From Octopus vulgaris (lineage: Eukaryota), in NCBI GenBank assembly GCA_951406725.2, contig OX597827.1:82956001-83020000 (forward strand): DNA of 64,000 nucleotides, in the 5' to 3' direction. Under the pieces are notes generated by a model, which saw nothing but the letters and a program-made list of their open reading frames with translations, searched no databases and was not told the DNA's origin. Shown here piece after piece: positions 1-14,009 of the stretch (within the stretch, counting starts at the first letter, position 1; every line of letters begins with the position of its first letter). A program made the translations under genes and the position numbers.

Positions 1-428
1 ACGGGCAAGACATTAGTAAATAATAGACCAGACATAACAATTATAGATAAGGAAAAGCAAACTTGCTTCCTGATCGACCCATCATACCTGTTTGATTCCA
101 GGATTGTAAAGAAAGAAGAAAAACAAAAACATGCAATCCCTTAAAATTTGAAATAGGAAGAATTTGGAGCATGAGAACAGTAAAGGTTGTGCCTATAATA
201 ATTGGTGTGTTGGGGGACAGTAAGCAAAAATGGGTGAAGGAGATTGGAATAGAATGCCCCAGTAGGGCTCCAACAGAAAGTTTGTCTCTTAGGGACAGCA
301 AGGATTATCAGGAAGGGTCTAAGCACTTGGAAGACTGTTGAAAACTTGTGGATACCTAAGGTTACAGGTAGTATTCCGCTGCCCAGATAAATCCTACCAG
401 GAATAAGACCGAACCGGAGCTAGACCAA

Positions 429-430
<2 letters not shown>
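1..430 (+). mobile_element. 3' end of R4/Dong-like non-LTR retrotransposon (degenerate restriction-like endonuclease + 3' UTR)
   Basis: Frame 1 reads TGKTLVNNRPDITIIDKEKQTCFLID (PD..D nuclease motif). After frameshifts it reads VKVVPIIIGVLGTVSK and LGTARIIRKGL, typical R4-clade C-terminal motifs. It abuts (TAA)n at 431. Confidence 0.75.
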
Positions 431-481
<51 letters not shown>

Positions 482-508
482 TGATGATGATGATGATAAT
501 GATAATAA
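431..508 (+). repeat. (TAA)n/(TGA)n microsatellite
   Basis: Direct reading. Confidence 0.95.
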
Positions 509-894
509 CTAGGATAAGGGAACAATACAAAGATGGACATAAAGTGGGGCGGGGCAGTTACATATAATGAAATGATAAAATAATAAGAAAAAAGCATAAG
601 TATACAATGAAAAGGAAGGGACATGTATATAGAATAGAAAGGTTTAAAAAATGTGGGTGGGGAGAGGGTGATAGAGATGTGGCCCTTCTGATAGAGGATG
701 ACTTCTAGGGATAACCGAGGAACCCCATTGTCCGAGATTTCCCTGAACACCAAGGGCAAGTGGCCTCTCCAACTCATAAGTTTACACTTAGAAGGATACT
801 GAACTCATCTCAAAAAATCGCATCAGTCGGATACTTCCAGTAGTCCGACACAGTTTTAGCATCATTAAGGGGAATCTTATGGAACTCCAGTGCC

Positions 895-1510
895 AGGACA
901 GGAAGACAAGAAAACTATTAAACATCTAAGAACATGCACCACCCAAAAGGAGAGGCTGATTGTCTGTGCCTACCTAGAAGTAATGGGGAAAGAGGAAAGA
1001 TGCAGGTAGAACTGTATTGTAAGACCTCCACAATAGCAATGAAGAGGTACTTATGTAGGAGAGAGGACTGGATGCTGCAGCATTTTGGTGCAAACATGAA
1101 AGCAACAAAAAGTCACATTCTACTGTCGAGGAAAACTGCAAATTAGCAAGGGAACTTGGCATTAACCCTGAATTAGATGAAGAACCTGAAACCACTATCA
1201 TGAAAAAGGCAAAACAGATCAAACAGACTGCTAAAAAGAATGAGCGAAAATAAATTGAGGAGTGGTGGAGCCAGAAGCCTCTTCATGGACAGTATGTACT
1301 TTGAAGTTGAAATGCTGATGTAGATCAAGAAACAACCCATCGGTGGCTGAGAAGTTCAGGACTGAAGGTTTCGTATTGGCAGCACAAGACCAAATTTTGC
1401 TTACCAAAAACTATCTGACTAATATTCTTCAAACCGGCTCTGATGCTAAATGCAGATTCTTCAACACATTTGATGAAACAACAAACCATCTCGTTTTGGG
1501 ATGTACATTG
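895..1510 (+). mobile_element. R4/Dong-like non-LTR retrotransposon internal fragment (RT thumb to CCHC knuckle), decayed
   Basis: MHHPKGEADCLCLPRSNGERG, KPLHGQY, TEGFVLAAQDQ and CRFFNTFDETTNHLVLGC match R4-clade motifs; contains stops and frameshifts. Confidence 0.7.
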
Positions 1511-2130
1511 GTGCACATATATATGTATGTGTGTGTGTGTATGTGTGTGTGTGTATGTGTGTGTGTGTGTGTGTATACATCATCATCATCATAATCATTT
1601 AATGTCCATTTTTCCTGCTGGCATGGATTGGTTTAACAGCAAGTAGCAATGTTATGGTCTGCACCAGATTCCGTAGTCTGCTTTGGGTCAGCTTCTCTGG
1701 TTAGGGTTGCTTTCTGGATGCCCTTCTGAATGCCAAACACTGTATTGTGTACTTTTTATGTGCTGCCTTGATTTCGGGATATTAATTCTGTTATTTTGGG
1801 CAGGTCTTCTTGAGTTTACATATAAATAGATATGTCTAAAGACATTTCATTTTATTTCATTGACATTTATCTCTAACTGGATGGAGGACCCTTTTTTTTG
1901 TTGATCTTACCTTAATGGAAAAGTAAACTGTGTGGGGGTGGGGTGAGTATGTGTGTCTGTGTGTGAAGAGCTGTTCTACACACACACACACACACACATT
2001 ATATTCCACTGTGAAAACAGGGCTAAACATATTTCAGCCCATCTCACTACTGTTGCGAAAATCTTCCTCCAATGGAAAATACTGAACAAGTTTTATTTAA
2101 AATTACTTCAATATTAAAACCTTTAATTAT

Positions 2131-2465
2131 AGGCAAGGCTGTAATGGTAAGAAGTTTGCTTCCCAATCAGATGGTTCTGAGTTCAGGTTTACTGCGTGGC
2201 ACCTTCTACTATAGCATTGGGCCAACCTAAACCTTCTGAGTGGGTTTGGTAAACAGAAACTGAAAGAAGCCCACCATATATATATATATATATATATATA
2301 TGTCTGTCTGTGTGTTTATGTTTGTATGTCTTAGCATTACATGATCATTGTAAACAAGCATCAGCATCGTAGAAGTAAGGTTGTTCTGGCTGTGAAGGAT
2401 CTGCCTTAACAGATTCCGTCTGACCCATGCAAGCATGAAAATGTGGATGTGAAGTGGTGATGATG
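2131..2465 (+). mobile_element. tRNA-derived SINE, degenerate, with (GAT)n-type tail
   Basis: Head is the reverse complement of the 6215-6371 SINE head; 3' gacccatgcaagcatg...gatgatg tail resembles the RTE 3' ends in this window. Confidence 0.6.
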
Positions 2466-2719
2466 CTACTATTTTATCAAGTAATTCTACCTTGTGAGAG
2501 ATAAAAAGCAATTAACACAGCAGTGCAAGCAAACAAAGGCTGAGAACAAGTCCATTCCAGTATGGTTCCACATCAGCCACAAGAAATCATGTCCAGAAAT
2601 CATGGTTGTTTAGGCAAGAAATGTATTATTTCTATTTTGAAAACTCAGTGAATGTATTTCTCTTGAAATCTATGTTTTCAATGGTGGATAGACATCTCCA
2701 GGTAGCAAGCCATGCTACT

Positions 2720-2760
2720 CCGGACTGATGATGAGCAATGACTCAGAAACTAGTCTCTGG
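2720..2760 (+). ncRNA. Minimal type I hammerhead ribozyme motif
   Basis: ccgga-CTGATGA-tgag(caatga)ctca-GAAAC-TA-GTC-tctgg. All core nucleotides present; stem I (one G-U pair), 4-bp stem II, palindromic ACTAGT stem III, GUC cleavage triplet. Confidence 0.75.
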
Positions 2761-3046
2761 CTTTGCTGGGCGGAGGTGCTTATCTCCCCTTTGAAAACAT
2801 AAGGACACACGAAATGTGTCAAGGCCAACAGGGAACGGTGTTTCCTAGGGTTAAATAACAGTAGCATTCTTCCCTTTCATGGGACTGTCACATTAAGTTG
2901 ACAACATGCTATCACTTTATCATGTTGCTACTGAATGAATCTCTCTGAGAGATTTAGAAATATATTATTTCTTTTTATAAATTTACTGTTTTCATTAAAT
3001 GGAACAGGTATTGTTTTCAATTAAAGTGCACATGTTAATTAATCAA

Positions 3047-3345
3047 TACACACACACGCACACACACACACACACTCACTCTCTCTCTTTCAGTCTGTGC
3101 TTCACAGTTTCTCTCTCTCTCTCTTTTCCATACTCACCCTCTCTCTGTCTATCTCTCTCCAATTGTCACTCTTCCCTCTCTTTTTACTTTGTCTCTGTCA
3201 ATGTAACTTTTTCCCTCTCTTCTCTTTCTTTCTGTCTTTCCTTCTCTCTCTCTCTCTCTCTCTCTGCCCTCTGTCTATCTTTCTTTCTATCTATCTATCA
3301 ATCTATCTCTTTCTGTTTTTCTATCCTTCTCCCTCTTTCTTGCTT
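3047..3345 (+). repeat. (CA)n followed by (CT)n-rich low-complexity tract
   Basis: Direct reading. Confidence 0.9.
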
Positions 3346-3451
3346 TCTATATTACATTACCTGTTCTAACCAATTCTAGATATTTATTCTAGTGTATCAA
3401 AGCATATGTTTAGTGTGTTTACACACACACACATATGCGTGTCTGTCTGTT

Positions 3452-3486
<35 letters not shown>

Positions 3487-4079
3487 GTGTTTCCCTAAAA
3501 CTTGAGAACTACACAACCAATTTCATTCAAATTTTACACATGCCTTACTTAGGGTCCATGTAGTTTCATGGGCCAAAAAAAAATGTTCAACTTCTTGCCT
3601 AGAGTGAGCCCATAGCAATATCATATTTTCTCCACTATTTCAGTATTACGTGTTAAAAGTGAAACAAAAATATTTCTCTATTTTATCTTTTTTTTTTTTT
3701 TTTGTTAGGCGCCATCAAAAAAGCCAAGACTGATATTTTTCATGGCTAAGAGCTATGTCTGAAAATAGATTTTTACCCCATCTGCGGGTGCCTAGGGGAA
3801 AAGATAAGTTGACAAAACCCAGATAAGATGTTGACAAATGTCCTCCTAAAATTTGAGCGACATGCGTGCTAATTTGTGGATGTGCATAAATTACAATCAC
3901 GTGCACACACACGTACACACACACACGCACACACATCCTCCCTTTTATAGATATGATTTCAACTACTCCAGACACTAATTAGCAATTACTTTTAAATATC
4001 AGGACATCATCGTTTGTTCTACTTCAATGAATTAACAGTTCCACTTGATTAAACAATTAGTTTGTGTTTGTCTGCAGAT

Positions 4080-4935
<856 letters not shown>

Positions 4936-4945
4936 TGCATATAAC

Positions 4946-4978
<33 letters not shown>

Positions 4979-5329
4979 GGTGGTCCAGAAGTCACTGAGG
5001 GGTTTTAATTTTTAATAAAACCCTGATTTTTACAAATAGTTGTATGAAATTTTAATTCAATACAGAAGAGATAATGGAGATTAATTTGCTTTAATCAATT
5101 TTTGTCAATTTTTGGATTTTTATTTCATTCTGTTAATTTTTTACATACACGCATGCTGGTATATATTACCTACGCTGGACTCCTCATTCACATAATCACC
5201 GAACCTGGAGCTTAACTATAGTCTGTCCATAGCACTTACTCAGCATTACCTGACACCTTTGGGTCTTCTTGACACTACTAGTACCTCTCATAACCTATAT
5301 ATATATGTACACACACACACACACATACA

Positions 5330-5650
5330 TACTAGGTTTGATCAATAAGTATCCGGACTGTTGCCATAGTAACGAAGCTAAAGCACACAGAGTGAAGCTG
5401 CTTGACCTCTGCTGTGCATTTACACAAAGTTTTAACGTTCTAGTTCACTTCCACTGTTACAGCAGTGCTTGGAAGGAAGGTGTGTAGCGTGTGATCATCG
5501 CATTGACCATGGCAGAGAAAGTTTTCATGGTGATACCTGCTCAGAGGCCTACACAAAGTTGCAGAAAGTGTATGGAGAGGAGTGTATGAGCTGCACACGA
5601 GTGTACGAGTGGTTCCGACGTTTCCAAGATGGCTGAAAAAATGTTGATAG
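5330..5650 (+). mobile_element. mariner transposon 5' remnant (end + HTH fragment)
   Basis: Translates EAYTKLQKVYGEECMSCTRVYEWFRRFQDG*KNVD, the mariner N-terminal HTH; begins at TA with a mariner-like end sequence. Confidence 0.7.
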
Positions 5651-5865
5651 TATCTGTTTATGTATGCACGCACACACACATATATATACATGCTTGTATG
5701 CATGTATGCATGTATTTATGCATGTTTGCATGTGTGTATGTATGTTTGTTTGCATATATGTATGTATGCATAGATGTATGCGTTTATGTATGCGTGTGTG
5801 TATGCAGCTGTGCATTTGTGTGAATAAGTATGTGTGTATGTGTCTGTGTGTTTGCATATGTCTTT

Positions 5866-6371
<506 letters not shown>

Positions 6372-6844
6372 ACCATGTATGTATAAAATTCATCTCTATA
6401 TTTTGTATAGACCCTCGTCTACACCCCACCACCACCACTTCTCCTCACCATTATTTACTGCTGTTGCTGACTACAAAAGGATTCGTTAATAACAAAACTG
6501 TTTATGTTATCAGAACAAAAGACAAGAGATCCAATAAATTGATTACCTTCTCTAATTGATCATCCAGTTCAATCAACTAACGAAGTACATCATTAATTCT
6601 CAAAACCATAATTAGGTAAACACAATTTTATCAGAGATTGAACCTCATACCACTCTATTTGTAAGGTTCCATGGTATTAGAATGATAACTTCTGTTAATC
6701 TGGACAATATATTTTATGGTAGCCAATAGGACCCAGAAGAATACAAGACAATTCCTACAATTCTTGAGAAGGTAAGATTCTCTATTCTCAACCTTCTGAT
6801 TCTATCTTATAAAAACCAACTTATTCCATGTGTGTGAGTGTGTG

Positions 6845-7315
6845 TCTCTCTCTCCCTCCCTCACTCTCTATCTGTCTATCTCTCCCTTTCTTTCTTTATC
6901 TCTCTTCCTTTATCTACCTTTGTCTCTCCCTTTCCCACGGTCTCTCCCCCTCCCTCTTTATCTATCTATCCATCTATCTCTTTTTCTCTATCCCTCCCTC
7001 CCCCTCTCTCTTTCTCTCTCCCTCTCTCACTCTCTATCTATCTCTCCCTTTCTCTCTTTCTCTTTCTTTATCTACCTCTGTCTCTCTGTCCTACTCTCTC
7101 TCTCTCTTTCTCCCTTTCTCAATCTTTCAATATCTCCCTCTTTATCTATCTATCCATCTGTCACTGTTTCTGTATCCCTCGCTCTCACTCCCTCTCTCCT
7201 ACTCCCTCTCAGAGCCATGCTTCCCATCATTCAATGGACCCCTATTCCTCCAAATTCCTTCCCTCCCTCCCTATTACCCCCACATACAAACAAATCACCC
7301 CCCCCCCCCCGAATT
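6845..7315 (+). repeat. CT-rich low-complexity tract
   Basis: Direct reading. Confidence 0.9.
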
Positions 7316-7944
7316 CAAACTATTCCCTACCCACATCCACAATGTAACACCCCTCTACTCCCACTCCCACCATCTGATGACATAAAACACCCCCTCCTCC
7401 ACCTCATTCCAATACAACAACAACAACAGCAACAACGACACCTTCATATTAGTTTTCTTCATTCATTACTTCGATTTCCCTTATGGCACAGTGTGACATA
7501 GACTAGTGCCACATCAAATAACGTAACACGATGAGATGATGCTATTGACACCATTTTATTGCTGTTGTTGTTGTTGTGTAGCCCCAGGTCAGCTCTCAGG
7601 TCATTCTCATGTCGTGACCCCATGACAATACATGAGCCATCAGGAATCCCCAGTTGACTTCTAAGTCACAGGACTGTAGCTCTTCCTCCCTCTCATCAAA
7701 TTTCTCAGTAAGGACATCCCTAAATCTCTGACCACGTGAAGGGTTCTTAAGATAATCTCTGACGTATGAAATATCAGGCAAAAGAGCTTAGCAGGCATCG
7801 CTATGGTGATAATTTCTCAATGATATTTACGTTTGTAAATATTCTGTATTTTGTTGGTTAAAATATTTCTTTTCTGCAACATTCATAAGTACATTGCACC
7901 AAAGTACTGTGCTTTTTAATTGAGCTATATCACCATAACGGTGT

Positions 7945-8247
7945 GGAGGCACATGGCTTAGTGGTTAGAGCAGCAGACTCGCAGTCGAGGGATCGCGGGT
8001 TCGAATCTCAGACCGGACGATGTGTGTATTTATGAGCGATGCACCTAAGCTCCATGTGGCTCTGGCAGATGGTAATGGCGAAACTTCTGCTGACTCTTTC
8101 GCCACAACTTTCTCTCACTCTTTCCTCCTGCATCTTGCAGTTCACCTGCGACGGACCGGCGTCCCGTCCAGGTGGGGAATCTATACACCAAGAAACCAAG
8201 AAACCGGCCCTTATGAGCCAGGCATGGCTCAAGAAGGAAGAAACAAA
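7945..8247 (+). mobile_element. Full-length tRNA-derived SINE with 13-bp target-site duplication
   Basis: A box TGGCTTAGTGG, B box GGTTCGAATCT, A-rich tail; ACCATAACGGTGT at both 7932-7944 and 8248-8260. Confidence 0.85.
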
Positions 8248-9039
8248 ACCATAACGGTGTCTGTTAAGCTCTTTTGCCCGATACCTTGTACATCGTCAGA
8301 TATTATCTCCTGCTCCCTGAACTCTTGTCAGACACAGCTTGCTTCTATGGTTGGTCACGTAATTAATACAAAACGTTGTCTGTCTTTTGCAATGTGCCAG
8401 CATGTAATTCTATCGTCCTTGCTAATCTTAACAAATGTGCACCGAAAACGGTGCCAGGCACATCTTTCATTTTTTCTTTCCAAGAACTACTGCTGGCTCA
8501 CATTATATTCACCAATTCATTTACTTTCTGCCATTATGGATGTTGCTTCCATTTTGCTATTCTTGCAATTTCTATTCAGACTTATATGGTTGTTTTATTT
8601 CCTTTTTCTTGCAGTTTTATGAAGATTTAGTTGTTGCTGTAAACATTTGTTTTTGCTGGACATTTGTTTTATGCTCCTTGTTTGTTTTTAGTTTGCTGAC
8701 GAGTAATGTAGCATGTATTAAAAGTCCCTGTTGCACACAGTTGTTCAGGGTCCTAGAAGTCTGTAAAATATATTGTTTTATTAGAACATAGCAAGAAATT
8801 ATTACCTTCAGATTCTTTCTGTACACAGTTGACTTTCTCCACTGTGACATTCTTCAATGAAACTAATGTTTCTACCAATTGAGTTTATTGTGTTTATTTG
8901 AAAGTAAATTCTGATAACCTTTGCATATTGATTTACAAGGTTTAAAATAACTTTCTGTATCACGTCCTATTACTGACTATCGTTTTTGCTAAATGTTCAT
9001 TTCTTTATTCTTTTTGCTGAACTCGAACTACAGTGAACC

Positions 9040-9346
9040 ATGTTGAGGAATCCAACAATCCCAGTGTTGCTTTGTACCATTATTGGAATAATATGTGAGC
9101 AGATGTCAACTAGTTACCATTTCCACCGATTAGAAGGTTACATAATCCAGTCAACTGATCCAGCCAAAGTTATTCATAAAGCCACCAGCAAATTTCAATG
9201 TGCCCAAATGTGTTCAGTGAATGACTGTGAATACTTCACCTACAAATCTAGTGAACGGCAATGCCAATATTTCCATATATGGCAAGATAATGTCACCATA
9301 CAGAAAACAACCAACAGACAAGCAGAAACATTTGTCTCAAAGAATG
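9040..9346 (+). CDS. PAN-protein exon 1 (signal peptide + PAN/Apple-like domain)
   Basis: MLRNPTIPVLLCTIIGII...CAQMCSVNDCEYFTYKSSERQCQYF; donor G|gtaagt; an acceptor at 9033 suggests an upstream UTR exon. Confidence 0.85.
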
Positions 9347-11220
9347 GTAAGTGTGATCCTTCCCTATAACTGTTTGCTTTAGTCTTAAACCCCTTCACAC
9401 AATAACTTAGTGTTTGACACATTCACCACGACACTATTACAACAGTGTCAAGCCACCAAAGCACAGTCTTACAGCACTAACATCACAAATGTTTGAACCT
9501 TGAACTCTGACTCCACAATAAATTAAACAACAAAACTTCTTTGCTTTTGTTTTTCCCTTCACCCCAAATCCCCCCACACACACACACACACAAGTAGGGT
9601 CCATAGGCCACTTCTAGGCAAAGAGTGATATCAATGTCACAGTAACTATAATCATCATTATCATCGTTTAACGTCTGTTTTCCATGCTAGCATGGGTTGG
9701 ATGGTTTGACTGGGGTCTAAGAAGCCAGGAGACTGCACCAGGCTCCAGTCTGATCTGGCAGTGTTTCTACAACTGGATACCCTTCCTAACGCCAACCACT
9801 CTGTGAGTGTAGTGCGTGCTTTTTACGTGCCACCAGCACAGGGGCCAGAGGAGGCTGGCAATGGCCACAATCGGTTGGTGCTTTTTACATGCCATTGGCA
9901 CGGAAGCCAGCCAAGGCGGTGCTGGCATCGGCCATGTTTGGATGGTGCTTTTTACTTGCCACCGGCACAGGGATCACAGCTACAATTTCCATTTGATTTT
10001 TAATTTGATGTCGATGTACTTGACTCAATAGGTCTTCTCAAGCACAGCAGGTCACCCTACAATCAAAGGTAAGCACAGCAGGTTGCCCTACGATCCAAGG
10101 TACTTTTGAATGGGCTGGGGCTGGTTATGCAAAACTGGTGAAGGATACAGCCATGAACTCATTTTATTTGCCGGGCCTTCGCAGTCACAGCATATCTCTA
10201 GAGGTCTCGGTCTTTCATCATTGCCTCTGTGAGGCCCAACGTTTGAAGGTCATGCTTGACCACCTCATCCCATGTCTTCCTGGGTCTACTTCTACCCTGA
10301 ATTCCTTCAACTGTTTGGGAGTGGCACTTCTCACATCTCTCCGTATCTATTCGTAGTACATGACCATACCAGCACAAACGTCTCTCTTGCATGCCACATC
10401 CGATGCTTCTTATGTCCAACATTTCTCTCAGGACGCTAACACTCTGTCATGTGTGCACACTGACATTATACATCCAGTGGATCATGCTAACTTCATTTCT
10501 TTCGAGTCTACGCATGTCCTCCGCAGTCACAGCCCATGTTTCACTACTGTGAAGCATGGCAGTTCGCACACATGCATCGTACAATCTACTTTTCACTCTG
10601 AGCGAGAGGCCCTTTGTAACCAGTAGGGTAGAAGCTTTCTAAACTTCGCCCAGGCTATTCTTATTTTAGTGGTAACACTCTCTGAGCATCCACCCCCACT
10701 ACTAACTTGGTCACCTAGGTAACGGAAGCCATCAACTAATTCTAGTTTCTCACCCTGGAGTGTGATGAAATCTGATTTCTGAGCATCTGCAGTGTTTATT
10801 ATCCCTTTGCATCTGCTGCACATGAAAGCTATCTTCTCGGTTAATCTTCCTTTGATGTTGCTGCACCTCTTGTATCCATAGCTTATACTGGGTACATCTT
10901 ATGGAGTTTCTACCTATACCTTTTCTACAGATCGAGCAGGGCCACCTACCTGAGGGGGGGGGGTGATGAGTTTGCTTTCCTACTTACTAGAACTTTGGTC
11001 TTTGCTAGATTGACTCTAAGGCCTTTTGATTCTAGACCTTGCTTCCACATCCGAAATTTCTTTTCTAGTTCTGGTAGGGATTCTGCTATGAGGGCCAGGT
11101 CATCAGCATAGAGGAGCTCCCAGGGGCAACCCGTTTTGAATTCCTATGTTATTGCCTGGAGGACTATGATGAATAAAAGGGAACTGAGGGCTGAAGAAGA
11201 AGAAGAAGAAGAAGAAGAAG

Positions 11221-11252
<32 letters not shown>

Positions 11253-13971
11253 GGAGGAGGAGGAGGAGGAGGAAGAGGGGGGAATGCCATCCTCCTCCTC
11301 TCCTTCTTCTTCTTCTTCTTCTTCTTCTTCTTCAGCCCTCAGTTCCCTTCTTCTTCTTCTTCTTCTCAGCCAACCTCGAACCCACAAAATTAAACCAGAG
11401 AGACAGAGACAGGCAGAAACAAGGAAAATGACCCTTCTATTTGAATACTATGCAAATATTCTTTTTAAAAACTTTTTTTTTTTTTTTTTCCAAAATTTAA
11501 TTGTTTTCCATACTTAGAGTTGAAAAAGTCTTAATGACTGAAACTGGTACTGAAATGTTTTTATAAAATTATTTTAGCATTTTCTACCTTGACTTTTTTT
11601 TCCATATATACATATTAAATAAGATTTAAAGTGAAAAAGCACAGAAATCTTGTTTGTGTGGATAAAGTTTATTTAATCCATTACAATATTTACAGTGTTG
11701 ATTGGTTTCTCTTGGCTAATCATGACTCAGTCTTATGAAATCATTATAAGCTTTTGATTTAATCCTGCATAGAAGCAAATATGATACAATTTTGCAGTTA
11801 TACAGGAGGGTATAGCTCAAGCAGGGTAATCAGTGACTATAATAATATCTTTTGACTAAAGGGATAATCAGTGGATATAATATTCCTTAGCTAAGGGGAG
11901 GAAAATCTACTTCCTACGGGTTCTTAGTTTATTGCTCCTGTGCATCAGCCACACACAAAGTTCACTCTTTATGTTAACCTTCCTGTACTTCCATTCTACC
12001 TCTTATGTCTTCATAGCTTGCACTGGACACACCATATTGAATTTCTACCAACACCGTTTCTATATCTAAAGCAGGGCCATTTCCTTCAAGGCATTAGCAA
12101 TTTGCCTGCTTTCCTGCTTACTAGGACATTGGGGCATGTCTGCCTTGATTTTGTAAATGTTAGGGAAATGGCCGTTATTAGTAAGTTCTTAGTCTTTAGT
12201 CTTAAACTATGAATGAAGAGAAACTGGAAATTTATAAGCAAACTACTTTATTCCCTTGGCATAAAACAAACTCAGTTTTACTTTTAGATAATATCTGAGA
12301 TATTGCTGTTACTACCCACGAAAATCTTCTCCCAGCCAACAGACTAATTAACAAATACTCACTAACATAATTACAGCCTCTGGTTCATCGATGTATTGTC
12401 TTCTTTTTGTCTATTCTATTACCACCATAATGGCTCGTACTCTTCTGTACTCACAGTCTAAATAATATCTCTACATAAGGTTATTCTACATCATCCATGC
12501 CATTCCTTGCCTCTAGATGGCATGCTAACCATTTTCACAAGAGCATCAGCCAATAGAAACAGTTCCTCCCATATAATTATGATTTCTTCAAAGCAGTAAC
12601 AGATGTTACCAACGTTGAGCCTAAACCATCGATGATGTCTCTAGGATTGGAGCCTCAGACAACATCATGGACAGCCCGATTCCTCCCTCCATAGCAACCC
12701 ATACAAACAGAACTAAGTATCATCTTAGTTTTAAAAAACTTTAAAACCTTGTCTACAAATTGTTCACCTTGTTGTTGTTGTTGATGATGTTGTTTTTAAC
12801 CTGATATCAAGCCTCATCTGGACACATGGAAATATTTTCCAGCTGTGACCCTCATGTCTTGCTGTCAGACATAATCATCCATCCATCCTCCATTATCTGA
12901 TGAGCCATTCATCGAGACGTTTGGTTGTTATTTCTAACAGGTCAAGTGTCCATTGACATGTTCAGACAGACAGCACAGAGTATTCAACTCCTGACAAGAT
13001 CTTTGCACAGTTTCAATGCAAATAAACATGTTTCTGTGGTTTTTATTTGTAGTTCTACAAAAGAAATGGTTTAAAATCTACTCATTAACAATGGAGAAGG
13101 ATTGTCTTGTTTCTGAATCGTTTCTTGAGAATCCCAGACTGATAAACCCACCCAACAGTTGTTCACACTTGAATGAGACATTCTTTTATCGAAATACCCT
13201 CATGGACCAATGGACAATTCTACCCATTGATCAGGTGAGTGCTTAGAAATGTTGACAGCATAGTCTTAGATATGTGTGAATATACAGCAGCAACATTGTT
13301 CTGGATGTGTGCATGTATGTATGTGTTTGCATGTGCACGTGTGTGTGTATGTGTGTCTGTGTGTGCATGTGTTTGTGTGTTTGTACAGCCATTATATGTC
13401 TGTCTTAGATGTGTGAATAGTAAATGGGAGTCACACTCCAAATCTATTCGACAACATCTATAACAACTGTACAGGAGAGAAGAATGAATTTATTTATTCT
13501 TAAGAGGGTTTTTGAAGTTACCCATTGAAATTGCACTCATGTCAATAAATGTTATAACATTATTATGGTTTTCTGTTAGATATAGACTCAATGTATGCTT
13601 AATATGTATCATTACCCTTCATTTCCTGAAAAAAAATATAAGTTCAGATGGGTTATTTTCATTCAAAAGCTATTAGCATGGTTCACCCCCAAAAAACTGA
13701 AGAATCTGAAATAAAAAAGAAAGGACGTTACTCAGAATGATGAAAACATAAGAATGGTGTTGCCAGAGTGTGCAAACCAGCTGGGAAAAGTTTTATCAAA
13801 ATTAATTCAAAGAAAACCGAGAAATACTAAATTTCACTCTTAAGCTATTAGCGTGGTTGTGGATGTATATAAATCCTGCCAAAACTGTCACAGAAGTCTG
13901 GTACAGGCTTCTGCCTGGCTGGCTCCTATCAAACCATCCCACCCATGCCAGCATGGAAGGTAGATGATGTT

Positions 13972-14009
<38 letters not shown>

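Noticed and set aside
7945-8020. tRNA gene
   Set aside because: The tRNA-like head continues into a SINE body, tail and TSD; no proper acceptor stem
8270-8870. Possible DNA-transposase relic (CAWH/CWHIAK on minus)
   Set aside because: Too degenerate to assign
9820-9970. CRISPR-like spaced repeats (gtgctttttac.tgcca x3)
   Set aside because: Diverged internal tandem repeats of the RTE 3' UTR in a eukaryotic context; no cas genes
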